Below are positions 9,212-17,765 of a stretch of 42,005 nucleotides of DNA, one piece after another. The notes beneath the pieces are model-generated. The model saw only the letters and a list, made by a program, of their open reading frames with translations, had not been told where the DNA came from and searched no databases. The position numbers and the translations under genes were made by a program. Source of the DNA: an uncultured Pseudomonadota bacterium (GTDB lineage Bacteria > UBA10199 > JADFYH01); the NCBI GenBank assembly GCA_964414715.1, contig CAYPXN010000068.1:1-42005 (forward strand), read 5' to 3'. The first letter of the stretch is position 1; each line of letters begins with the position of its first letter.

Positions 9212-10639
9212 ATGTCTAAAACGCCTAAAGAAGTTCTTGCCTTTGCCAAAGAAAATAAGGCGGCAATGGTCGATATTAAGTTCACCGACTTTCCAGGAAC
9301 CTGGCAACATTGGACTTGTCCAATTTCCCAGTTTTCAGAAAGCACTTTCGAAAACGGTTATGCATTCGATGGTTCTTCCATCCGTGGATGGCAGCCCATT
9401 AATGCTTCTGATATGTGCATGATTCCTGATCCGAACACTGCAGTGATGGATCCTTTCACCAAGGTTCCCACTTTGACCATGATTGCAGATATCGTGGATC
9501 CTATTACTAAACAATCTTACAGTCGTGACCCCCGCTATGTTGCAAAGAAAGCAGAAGCTTTTGTGAAATCGAGTGGTGTGGGTGATACCATCAACTTTGG
9601 TCCGGAAGCAGAATTTTTCGTGTTTGATTCGGTTCGTTTCGATCAAACTGTAAACGCTTCATGGCATTGTGTGGATTCTATCGAAGGTCGATGGAATTCG
9701 GGTAAAGAAATTCTTCCCGACGGTACTCCGAACTTGGGTTATCAACCTGCTTATAAAGGTGGTTATTATCCTGTCGCTCCTTTCGATACCTTGGTGGATA
9801 TTCGTGCTGAAATGTGTCTGGAAATGGAAAAGATCGGGATGACTGTGGAAGCCCAACATCACGAAGTGGCGACCGGTGGACAATGTGAAATCGATTTCAA
9901 GTTTTCCACTCTTACGGCAACTGCAGATAATTTGATGTGGTTCAAGTATATCGTGAAGAACGTTGCTCGTCGTCATGGTAAAACCGTGACCTTCATGCCC
10001 AAGCCTTTGTTTGGCGATAACGGTTCTGGTATGCACTGCCACCAATCCATTTGGAAAGGGGATACTCCCTTATTCGCAGGTGACAAGTATGGTGGACTTT
10101 CTGAAATGGGTCTCCATTACATTGGTGGTATTTTGAAACATGCCAAAGCTTTGGCCGCATTTACCAATCCTACTACCAACTCTTATCGTCGTTTGGTTCC
10201 CGGTTATGAAGCTCCTGTAAACTTGGCTTACTCTGCACGTAACCGATCTGCTGCGATTCGTATTCCGATTGTGACCTCTCCTAAAGCAAAGCGTATCGAA
10301 GTTCGTTTCCCTGATCCTTCTGCAAACGGTTACCTTGCTTTTGCAGCGATGTGTATGGCCGGATTGGATGGTGTGAAAAACAAAATCGATCCAGGTTCTG
10401 CACTTGAAAAAGACATTTATTCTCTTTCTCCTGAAGAATTGAAGAATGTTCCTCAAATGCCTGGAAGTTTGGAACATTCTCTCAATGCCTTGAGAGACGA
10501 CCATGAGTTCTTGCTGAAGGGTGAAGTATTTACTCCCGACGTGATTGAACGCTGGTTGGATTACAAAGTAGAAGCTGAATTGGATCCGATTCGTTTGCGT
10601 CCGGTTCCTTATGAATTCGCTTTGTACTTCGATATTTAA
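9212..10639 (+). CDS. glnA: glutamine synthetase type I
   Basis: AAGGAG RBS before ATG 9212. Motifs 'FGPEAEFF', 'GSGMHCHQS' and '[17 protein letters not shown]'. Confidence 0.95.
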   Translation: MSKTPKEVLAFAKENKAAMVDIKFTDFPGTWQHWTCPISQFSESTFENGYAFDGSSIRGWQPINASDMCMIPDPNTAVMDPFTKVPTLTMIADIVDPITKQSYSRDPRYVAKKAEAFVKSSGVGDTINFGPEAEFFVFDSVRFDQTVNASWHCVDSIEGRWNSGKEILPDGTPNLGYQPAYKGGYYPVAPFDTLVDIRAEMCLEMEKIGMTVEAQHHEVATGGQCEIDFKFSTLTATADNLMWFKYIVKNVARRHGKTVTFMPKPLFGDNGSGMHCHQSIWKGDTPLFAGDKYGGLSEMGLHYIGGILKHAKALAAFTNPTTNSYRRLVPGYEAPVNLAYSARNRSAAIRIPIVTSPKAKRIEVRFPDPSANGYLAFAAMCMAGLDGVKNKIDPGSALEKDIYSLSPEELKNVPQMPGSLEHSLNALRDDHEFLLKGEVFTPDVIERWLDYKVEAELDPIRLRPVPYEFALYFDI

Positions 10640-10671
10640 TACTTAGGGTATGTCCCTAGTGATATTTAAAA

Positions 10672-10709
10672 AGGCCTCTGTCTGAATAAGACAGAGGCCT
10701 TTTGTTTTT
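10672..10709 (+). terminator. Rho-independent terminator of glnBA
   Basis: Perfect 11-bp stem aggcctctgtc/gacagaggcct, 7-nt loop, then tttgttttt. Confidence 0.85.
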
Positions 10710-10710
10710 G

Positions 10711-10739
10711 CCATGCAAAAGCCTAAAAAATGTGCATGG
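10711..10739. promoter_or_regulatory. candidate enhancer-binding-protein site (inverted repeat CCATGCA-N15-TGCATGG)
   Basis: Perfect 7-bp inverted repeat ending 84 bp upstream of the sigma-54 -24 box at 10823. Confidence 0.3.
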
Positions 10740-10822
10740 TGTTGTTCTTAAAAGGCCTGTTTTTAGCTCTTTCCCGTCACATAAGTTTTTAAAATCACTA
10801 CTGTTCTGGTTTTGCCAGTTTT

Positions 10823-10838
10823 TGGCATGTCCGTTGCT
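10823..10838 (+). promoter_or_regulatory. sigma-54 (-24/-12) promoter upstream of the porin gene
   Basis: TGGCAT-gtccg-TTGCT. The flanks tttggcat...ttgcttgYtattgaa are shared with the glnB promoter. Confidence 0.55.
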
Positions 10839-10853
10839 TGTTATTGAAGTGCT

Positions 10854-12605
10854 ATGACGGATCCTACAGGAAATACAACACAAGCCCCTTTACTTAGTCC
10901 TTATCGGCTCACTTTTGAGGGAGGACCGAGCTGGTTAAGTCCGGCTTCGGGAGCAAATAGTTTATCAGGTTTTAGTGTGGGTGCTCGTTTGGGGCAAAGT
11001 TATTCCCTTTCTGAAAGATGGCGTTGGGCGATTCAGGGTGTTTTTTCTTACTCTAATTATTATGCGGAGCATGGAAATCTGAATCGTATTGGAATTGGTT
11101 TTGAAACAGGTCCTGAAGTGACTTTGGTCCCTAACATGCTGGGTCTTTCCTTGTATGCAGGCCTTCAACAAGGATTTTATTATTCACAGAATGTGTCGTG
11201 GCCTTCCGCCTTGGGACATGCAAGCTTTGATAATACTTCTGTCGCGGCACTTTCATTAAGACCCGAATTTACTTTGTTTGGAGGAATGCTTACCGCGGCT
11301 TTCGAGTACGGTCATGACTTTGGTCTTTCGGTTCCCGGACCCACCATGTACGATTCGCCTGTAGCCTTCTCCCCAAATCGTTATAGTTTGTTGTTCTCTT
11401 TTGATTTCATCAGAGCGTTTTATGCGATGCGAAGAAATGGGTTTACGGGAGCGTCAGATAGCATGGCCCAGTTTATCACAGGCATCAAGCCTTCTGCTTT
11501 GGTGGAAGGATCTTATAATTATAGTTTTAATAATCCCTCGGATCGTGATGGCTTGCCCGGACAAAATACTTTTAGAACCAATACTCCTTTTCATAATCGT
11601 CCTCGGTTAAATTTGCTTCAAGTAGGACTTGAACGTCCTTCGACAGAAGGCTCTCCCTTTGGTTTCAAATTTGCGGCAGGTTTCGGGCAGGATCCCGTTT
11701 CTTTTGCTCCCCGAAGTTCTTTGATCGAACCTGTGATTGGAGCTCAAGGAAGGCCGGATACGCAATATTTTGCGCTTCAACAAGCTTACCTTACTTACCG
11801 TTTTCCAGTCTTGGATGGATTGACTTTCCAAGCCGGACAATTTGGAACCACAGTGGGGAATGAAATTCCGGAAGGGCCCTTAAATACCTTTTTAATACCG
11901 AGTCGAGGCTTGAATAATACTTTGGCAGAGCCTTTTTATCATGCCGGAGCAGGTTTGCGTCTTCGTTTTCAGGAAGAAACGGATAATCATGGAGATCAAG
12001 ATCCTTCCAATGACGAAGTGACAAGTTATAAAGAAACTTTTGTGGGTGTGGTGAATGGTTGGGATTCTGTGTTGGGTCATGAAGGTGGACCCACCGTGAT
12101 GCTGGGTTTCAATCATCAGCTAAACACCCGTTTTAACTATGCATTGAATTATCTGATCGGTGCTCAAGATCGCGGAGCTCAGGGACTTTTTAATTTCAAT
12201 GCTCTTTATAAGCCCGTGGACGAATTGAGTTTGGGAACTAATCTTGATTTTGGACATGGAAACAATCCGGATACGGGCGATCATACCTTATGGTTTGGTT
12301 TGGGTTTGTATCAGCAATATAATTTAAAGCTTGGAGAGGCTTTTACCTTGGCACCGGCTCTTCGTGAGGAAGTATTTACGGATCCTCAAGGTGCACGAAC
12401 AGGAACTTCTCAGACACTTTTGTCGGTGACTGGGGCCCTGAATGCTCTTTTTCCCTACGGCTTCGGATTGGCACCTGAAATTCGTCACGACCATTCCGTG
12501 GGGCGTGATGCGGGTGTGGAAGGGCCTTTCTTTTCCGGGAATCATGCCTCCGAGAGCAATACCACTTTTATGCTCAGGGCTTTCTGGCGATATCCTTTTA
12601 ATTAA
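10854..12605 (+). CDS. outer-membrane beta-barrel protein: BBP2/OmpL-like porin domain with an extra N-terminal beta-rich domain
   Basis: The C-terminal ~380 aa follow the BBP2 porin pattern ('SYNYSFNNP...', 'LQQAYLTYRF', 'AGQFGTTVGNE', alternating aromatic beta-strands, terminal 'FWRYPFN'). No signal peptide at the only available start. Confidence 0.7.
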   Translation: MTDPTGNTTQAPLLSPYRLTFEGGPSWLSPASGANSLSGFSVGARLGQSYSLSERWRWAIQGVFSYSNYYAEHGNLNRIGIGFETGPEVTLVPNMLGLSLYAGLQQGFYYSQNVSWPSALGHASFDNTSVAALSLRPEFTLFGGMLTAAFEYGHDFGLSVPGPTMYDSPVAFSPNRYSLLFSFDFIRAFYAMRRNGFTGASDSMAQFITGIKPSALVEGSYNYSFNNPSDRDGLPGQNTFRTNTPFHNRPRLNLLQVGLERPSTEGSPFGFKFAAGFGQDPVSFAPRSSLIEPVIGAQGRPDTQYFALQQAYLTYRFPVLDGLTFQAGQFGTTVGNEIPEGPLNTFLIPSRGLNNTLAEPFYHAGAGLRLRFQEETDNHGDQDPSNDEVTSYKETFVGVVNGWDSVLGHEGGPTVMLGFNHQLNTRFNYALNYLIGAQDRGAQGLFNFNALYKPVDELSLGTNLDFGHGNNPDTGDHTLWFGLGLYQQYNLKLGEAFTLAPALREEVFTDPQGARTGTSQTLLSVTGALNALFPYGFGLAPEIRHDHSVGRDAGVEGPFFSGNHASESNTTFMLRAFWRYPFN

Positions 12606-12647
12606 TTTCTTTCCTTATTCGTAGCTCCCCGCTAACCTATAGCCTTC

Positions 12648-13103
12648 ATGAGCAAGAGTTCTGGTAAAAAAATCTTTGCCCTTTTAAACTTGGCCTACCA
12701 GTTTGTTTTGCATTGTCTGGGAAAATTGTGTTTTTGGAGAAAAAAAGGGATTGAGCAATTCCGGAATAACTATCGTCTGGATAGTTTTTTGCCTTTAACT
12801 TTAGCAGAAACCCAGAATCTTTTTTCATTTTCAGCCTGCCTGAATTGTCGACTTTGTGATAGTGCTTGTCCGGCCCTGTTTAAAATTTCGAGGGATCGTT
12901 TTCCCGGCCCCAGTTTTTTATTAACGACTTCTTCGCGTTCTTTCCGGGATCTGTGGGCGAGCAGTCTTGATTTGAGCTTGTGCAGTGATTGCGAAGAATG
13001 TGTGAAAGTTTGCCCGAATAAAATTGATGTAAAAGAGGCTGTGCGATTTATTCATAAAAAAGTCGTGGATCAGATTCAGTATGTTTCAGGGGGCGCTGCA
13101 TAA
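12648..13103 (+). CDS. 4Fe-4S dicluster protein (GlcF N-terminal-domain-like)
   Basis: Motifs CLNCRLCDSACP and CSDCEECVKVCP. Hydrophobic N-terminus. Confidence 0.7.
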   Translation: MSKSSGKKIFALLNLAYQFVLHCLGKLCFWRKKGIEQFRNNYRLDSFLPLTLAETQNLFSFSACLNCRLCDSACPALFKISRDRFPGPSFLLTTSSRSFRDLWASSLDLSLCSDCEECVKVCPNKIDVKEAVRFIHKKVVDQIQYVSGGAA

Positions 13104-13109
13104 AGTTTT

Positions 13110-14678
13110 TTGAAAGAGGGGAGGGGTGTTATTTTCTACAGAGCAGCTTCTATAAAAATTCCCAGAAAAGTCATTGCAGCCTTGCAAAAGATTTGCTCGG
13201 AAGAGAATGTTTATTGCTCTGATAATCCCCGTATTGCCTACAGTCGTGATAGTTCCACCTCAAAACTTTTGGAAAGTCATGCGGGAAAAATTTCTCAACT
13301 TCCGGATGTGGTGGTAATTCCCAAAAATGCCGAAGAAATTTCGAAAATATTGGCTTTGGCAAATCTTCATAAAATTCCAGTGATTGCTTATGGCGGTGGT
13401 TCGGGTGTTTGCGGAGCTGCTGTTCCTGCCAAGGGCGGGATTGTGATTGATATCAAACGTCTCGACAAAATTTTGTCGATCGATCGTGAACATCTGATTG
13501 CGAGAGTTCAGACCGGTATTGTGGGAGAAATTTTGGAACGCGAGTTGAATGTAGCGGGATATACCCTGGGGCATTTTCCCTCGTCGATTTATAGCGCTAC
13601 CTTGGGCGGCTATCTCGCCTGCCGTTCTGCAGGTCAGCTTTCCACAAAATACGGCAAAATCGAGGATATGGTACAAGCTTTAACGGTCTGTTTGGCAGAT
13701 GGAAAAACCATTCAGGTTCACGCGGAAGAAAAGAATTCGTTGCAGGATTTGTTTGTGGGAAGTGAAGGAACCTTGGGTGTGATTACGGAAGCAAGTCTTA
13801 AAATTCACCCTCTTCCTGAAGCAAGACAGTTTGTAGGATATCGTTTTTCCAATCTAAGTCAGGGATTAGAAGCCATTCGTCTTTTTATGCAGCGGGGTTT
13901 AAGGCCTGCAGTGGTACGTTTGTATGATCCTTTTGATTCCTTTTTCTTTCAGTTCAAGGGAGGTTCAGATTCTTCTTCCTCTTGGAGTGAAAAGCTAACA
14001 TCGATGATTCCAGAATCAGTGAAATCCTTGTTCATGGAGCTTCATCGCCAAAGTTTTCAGGGAATTTTGTCGGAAGCTTCTGCTTTAAATCGTTTTATTG
14101 ATTGGGTTTTCTCCAGTTGTCTTTTGATTTTGGGTTTTGAAGGGCCTGCCTGGAAAGTGAAATGGGAATCTCATCAGGTAAATAAAATTTGTGAATTTGA
14201 AAAAGGAAAAAATCTCGGAGAAGAAGTGGGTTTGCGTTGGTTGAAAAAACGATACAGCATGGGATATAAACTTTCTCCCCTCATTGCCCAAGATTGCTTT
14301 GCAGATACCATGGAAGTGGCAGCTCCCTGGAGTAAACTGGAAGAACTTTATAAAAATGTAAAAAAAGCGATTTCTCCCAAAGCTTTGGTGATGGCCCATT
14401 TTTCACATGCTTATCACGAAGGTTGCTCTATTTATTTTACCTTTGCGGCACATGCTTCTTCCTACGAAGGAAATCTTCGGCTTCATCGGGAAATTTGGGA
14501 TTTAGCTCTGAAGGCAACGGCTCAATCAGGAGGAACGATCAGCCATCATCATGGGGTAGGGAGTCTGAAAGCCCAAGCCTTGGTGGAGCAGTTGGGACCT
14601 TTGATGGCCTGGTTTAAAAAAACAAAACAGGTGTTGGATCCGAAAGGAATTTTGAATCCTGGAAAAATGGGATTATGA
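13110..14678 (+). CDS. FAD-linked oxidase, GlcD/AGPS superfamily, with an AGPS-type HHH loop
   Basis: PCMH FAD-binding 'AYGGGSGVCG'. C-terminal 'GGTISHHHGVG...LDPKGILNPGK'. Start is uncertain: TTG 13110 or GTG 13125 after GAGGGGAGG. Confidence 0.85.
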   Translation: MKEGRGVIFYRAASIKIPRKVIAALQKICSEENVYCSDNPRIAYSRDSSTSKLLESHAGKISQLPDVVVIPKNAEEISKILALANLHKIPVIAYGGGSGVCGAAVPAKGGIVIDIKRLDKILSIDREHLIARVQTGIVGEILERELNVAGYTLGHFPSSIYSATLGGYLACRSAGQLSTKYGKIEDMVQALTVCLADGKTIQVHAEEKNSLQDLFVGSEGTLGVITEASLKIHPLPEARQFVGYRFSNLSQGLEAIRLFMQRGLRPAVVRLYDPFDSFFFQFKGGSDSSSSWSEKLTSMIPESVKSLFMELHRQSFQGILSEASALNRFIDWVFSSCLLILGFEGPAWKVKWESHQVNKICEFEKGKNLGEEVGLRWLKKRYSMGYKLSPLIAQDCFADTMEVAAPWSKLEELYKNVKKAISPKALVMAHFSHAYHEGCSIYFTFAAHASSYEGNLRLHREIWDLALKATAQSGGTISHHHGVGSLKAQALVEQLGPLMAWFKKTKQVLDPKGILNPGKMGL

Positions 14679-14741
14679 AGGTGGCTACGACGAATTTTTC
14701 AAAATTATCCCAGCTTTCTTTGTTATGAAAAAAGATAAATT

Positions 14742-15500
14742 ATGATCGAAATCGATGAAATTTCTCATTTGGTGACTTTAGAAACAGAGTATTCTCTGAA
14801 GGAGATTGAAGCTCAACTCGCAGAGCGGGCTTTTACCTTGTCTTATTTTGTTCCTCCCGCGAATGAATTAAAACTCGAGGAAGCTTTGTCGAAAAAAGCG
14901 AAAAATCTTTATCTTACGGGAGAGTGGGATGATTTGTGTGTTTCCTTGCAAATTCATTCCAAGGATCAGAAAAATCTGAAAACTTTTCTCACTCCCCGAC
15001 AAGCAGCGGGGCCGGACTGGAAAAATTTTATTTTGGGAAGTGGTGTTTCCTTGGGTTTTATTTACAAAGCTACCTTGAAAGTTTTTCACAAACCGACACA
15101 TTTTATTTATCTTTCGGTGGCTTTACCTCATGATGTGGCCAGTCATGTTTTAGAACAAGAACTGAGTCTGTTAGAACTGAAACCTCTTGTTTTTGCACGT
15201 TGCGGATCAATGCAGCTTCCCAAGGTTCTGAAGTTGGGGAAAGCATCGCATATTTTGCTCGCATGTTGGGCGGGAAGTCGGGATTATATTGATGCCCACA
15301 AAAGGGCAATCGAGGCTTGTTTGGAGGATCGCTACTCCTGGAAATGGATCGAGGGAAAATCTTCACAGATTCAAGCGAACAAGCTTTTGCATGAAAGGTA
15401 TCCTCTTTCCCCCTGGGGAGGTAAGAGGAAAGATAAAAAAGAAAGTGTGAATCGGGGTCTACAAAAGAAAATTGCGGAAGCGATCAGTCATGGATATTAA
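14742..15500 (+). CDS. GlcE-like subunit lacking the N-terminal FAD-binding segment
   Basis: Resembles GlcE from about its residue 60 onward, as recalled ('IDEISHLVTLETEYSLKEIEAQLAERAFTLSYFVPP', 'GSGVSLGFIYKATLKVFHKP'). No GxGxxG-type segment. Confidence 0.55.
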   Translation: MIEIDEISHLVTLETEYSLKEIEAQLAERAFTLSYFVPPANELKLEEALSKKAKNLYLTGEWDDLCVSLQIHSKDQKNLKTFLTPRQAAGPDWKNFILGSGVSLGFIYKATLKVFHKPTHFIYLSVALPHDVASHVLEQELSLLELKPLVFARCGSMQLPKVLKLGKASHILLACWAGSRDYIDAHKRAIEACLEDRYSWKWIEGKSSQIQANKLLHERYPLSPWGGKRKDKKESVNRGLQKKIAEAISHGY

Positions 15501-16590
15501 GCAATCACGAAGTTATTGTACCGCCTGTCCCAAGATGTGTCATTTTTCCTGTCCTGTTGCCCAGGTTGAGAAAAATGAAAGCTATGCTCCTGCGCTCAAA
15601 CAGCAAACTGCAAAAATGATTGCCGAGAAAAAAATCCCCCTGAATGCAGATCATGCTTTGCCGGCTTATAAATGTCTTTCTTGTCATAGCTCCCAAAATT
15701 ATTGTGATCATGAAATTATTGTCGCAGATTCTCTTCAGGAAATTCGGGAGATGGCCGTAAAAGTTCATGCTGCTCCTCCGGAAGTGTATTTGTACGAGAA
15801 AAAGTTTAAAAAATTTAGCAATCCTTACGGAATTGATTTGTCTGCGAAGCTCAAAAAGCTTCCCGAAGAATGGCTTGAGCTCGCAAAACCGAAAGTGTTT
15901 TTGCCAAGCTGCCATCAACAGGGAGTAAATCCAAACTCCTCCCAGGAATATCTGAATCTTTTTAAAAAATTGAAGGTGCAGGATTTGCGTTTTTGTTCTG
16001 ACACAATACAGTGCTGCGGTTATTCCCTTTACCAATTAGGTTTTCGGGATGAATTTGAGGAATTGGCAAATATACAATTTAACCAACTTAAAGAAGCCGA
16101 GCAGGTGATTGTGGGTTCTCCCGAATGTGCGTGGGCCATGCGGGAAATTTATCCAAAAATAGGACTCAAGTGGAAAATTCCTGTTTTAAGTTTGTTTGAG
16201 TATGTGGAGCATTTGCTTCAAAAAACTCCCTATAAAACCAAATTGGAAAGTGCGGACAAGTTTATCTATCATGATTCTTGCTATATGGGACGATACCAAA
16301 AGATCTATGATTCCCCCCGGCATTTATTGGAAATCCTGACAGGGCAGGAAGTGGGTGAGTTTCGCTGTAATCGGGAGAATTCGATGTGTTCGGGTGCAGG
16401 AGCGGGATATTCTTTGCATTCCCCAGAACCCGCTCGCGAAATGGCGGGGGGCCATATCCGGGAAATGAAAGAACAGGGTATAAAAATTTTGGTGACTGCA
16501 TGTCCTCAAGCACAACAGCATTTTAGATCGCTCAAAGAAGACATTGTTGTAAAAGATTTGATCAGTTTTTTAGGGGAGCACTTGTTATAA
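15490..16590 (+). CDS. (Fe-S)-binding protein with two CCG cysteine-rich domains (GlcF/LutA-like)
   Basis: CTACPKMCHFSCP plus 'CCGYSL' and 'HDSCY...CSGAGAGY' motifs. ATG 15490 overlaps the upstream stop. Confidence 0.8.
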   Translation: MDIKQSRSYCTACPKMCHFSCPVAQVEKNESYAPALKQQTAKMIAEKKIPLNADHALPAYKCLSCHSSQNYCDHEIIVADSLQEIREMAVKVHAAPPEVYLYEKKFKKFSNPYGIDLSAKLKKLPEEWLELAKPKVFLPSCHQQGVNPNSSQEYLNLFKKLKVQDLRFCSDTIQCCGYSLYQLGFRDEFEELANIQFNQLKEAEQVIVGSPECAWAMREIYPKIGLKWKIPVLSLFEYVEHLLQKTPYKTKLESADKFIYHDSCYMGRYQKIYDSPRHLLEILTGQEVGEFRCNRENSMCSGAGAGYSLHSPEPAREMAGGHIREMKEQGIKILVTACPQAQQHFRSLKEDIVVKDLISFLGEHLL

Positions 16591-16601
16591 CTTTCAAAAA
16601 A

Positions 16602-16718
16602 AAAAGCTCCTCAGACGAATTTTTTAAAAACTTTCAGACCTTATTTGGACGCACTAAACGATACTCCTAGCTCCGAGACCCACCTGAAAATTTTTAAAAA
16701 ATTATCTGAGTCGCTTTT
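16602..16718 (+). repeat. long imperfect hairpin element, copy A (family with 17972-18094)
   Basis: Arms 16602-16637 and 16684-16718 pair over about 32 bp. 46-nt apical region ends in CGAGACCCAC. A T-run follows. Confidence 0.7.
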
Positions 16719-16727
16719 CTGGAAATT

Positions 16728-17660
16728 ATGTCCAAAAAAATTCCCTATTTTATCGTAAATCCGCAGGCGGGCGGAGGAAGAACTCGTAAGCTTTGGGGAG
16801 ATTTAAGTACCCAGATTGAAAATATTTGGGGAAAATGTAATTTTGTCTTTACCCAAAAAGAAGGAGATGCGGTTCGCCATGCGCGCCTTGCCTGTGAAAA
16901 AAAACAGGAAGTCATTGTAGCCGTGGGCGGAGATGGCACTCTGCATGAAGTGGTGAACGGAATTTTGCAGGCGGGTTTGTCTTGCGCAAAAGAAGTCTCT
17001 CTGGGAATTATTTCAATGGGAAGCGGAGACGATTTTATCAAAACTCTTTCCCTTCCAAAAGATCCTTTGCAAGCCCTGAAAGTAATTCAGCAAAGAAAAA
17101 GTAAAAAGATTGATGTGGTTCAGGTGGATTTCATGGGCCACAAACATAAAAAAGAGTCCCGTTATTTTATTAATCTGGCCGATTTTGGATTGGGGGGACG
17201 CGTGATGCAGAAAGTGAATGCCTCCAAGAAAGTGTTTGGCTCCCAGCTTACCTATTTGTTTCATGCCTTGAGTACTTTGGTCACTTTTTCTCCTTTTTCC
17301 GTGGTGATAGAAGGGCAAGATCAAAATTTTCATTTTCATAAAATGATTTTGGGCCTGGTGGCGAATGGCAAGTATTTCGGAAGCGGCATGTGTGTGGCTC
17401 CCGAAGCAAAACTGGAAGATGGCTTGATGGATGTGATTATGGTGGAGAAAATGGGAATCATGGAATTCATTCGTATTATTCCCCAAGTATATCGGGGAGA
17501 AAAAATTCAAAATTCAAATATTTTCAGATTCAAGGCAAAAAAGTTTTATGTACAGCCCACTTCTTCAAAGCCGGTGTTTATTGAATTAGATGGTGAACAA
17601 CCCGGATCTTTACCCGCAAGTTTTGAGGTCTTGCCTCAGGCTATTCATGTGTTTGTATAA
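16728..17660 (+). CDS. diacylglycerol-kinase-family lipid kinase (YegS/DagK-like)
   Basis: 'VIVAVGGDGTLHEVVNG' catalytic-domain motif. 310 aa. Confidence 0.85.
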   Translation: MSKKIPYFIVNPQAGGGRTRKLWGDLSTQIENIWGKCNFVFTQKEGDAVRHARLACEKKQEVIVAVGGDGTLHEVVNGILQAGLSCAKEVSLGIISMGSGDDFIKTLSLPKDPLQALKVIQQRKSKKIDVVQVDFMGHKHKKESRYFINLADFGLGGRVMQKVNASKKVFGSQLTYLFHALSTLVTFSPFSVVIEGQDQNFHFHKMILGLVANGKYFGSGMCVAPEAKLEDGLMDVIMVEKMGIMEFIRIIPQVYRGEKIQNSNIFRFKAKKFYVQPTSSKPVFIELDGEQPGSLPASFEVLPQAIHVFV

Positions 17661-17765
17661 ATTTTCTTGCAAAGTTTTTAAAGAAAAGGGACCCTTTCGT
17701 CATTAAATGATCATATGAATGGGAGGGTCTCAAAGACCAATCCATATAATCGAGGAGGATAAAAT

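Noticed and set aside
10690-10857. Upstream ORF ending in an ATGA overlap with the porin start, encoding a signal or lipobox-like peptide.
   Set aside because: I did not annotate it as a gene. It has no good start or RBS, and its 3' half coincides with the sigma-54 promoter that is duplicated at glnB in clearly non-coding DNA. I kept it only as an alternative explanation in the porin finding.
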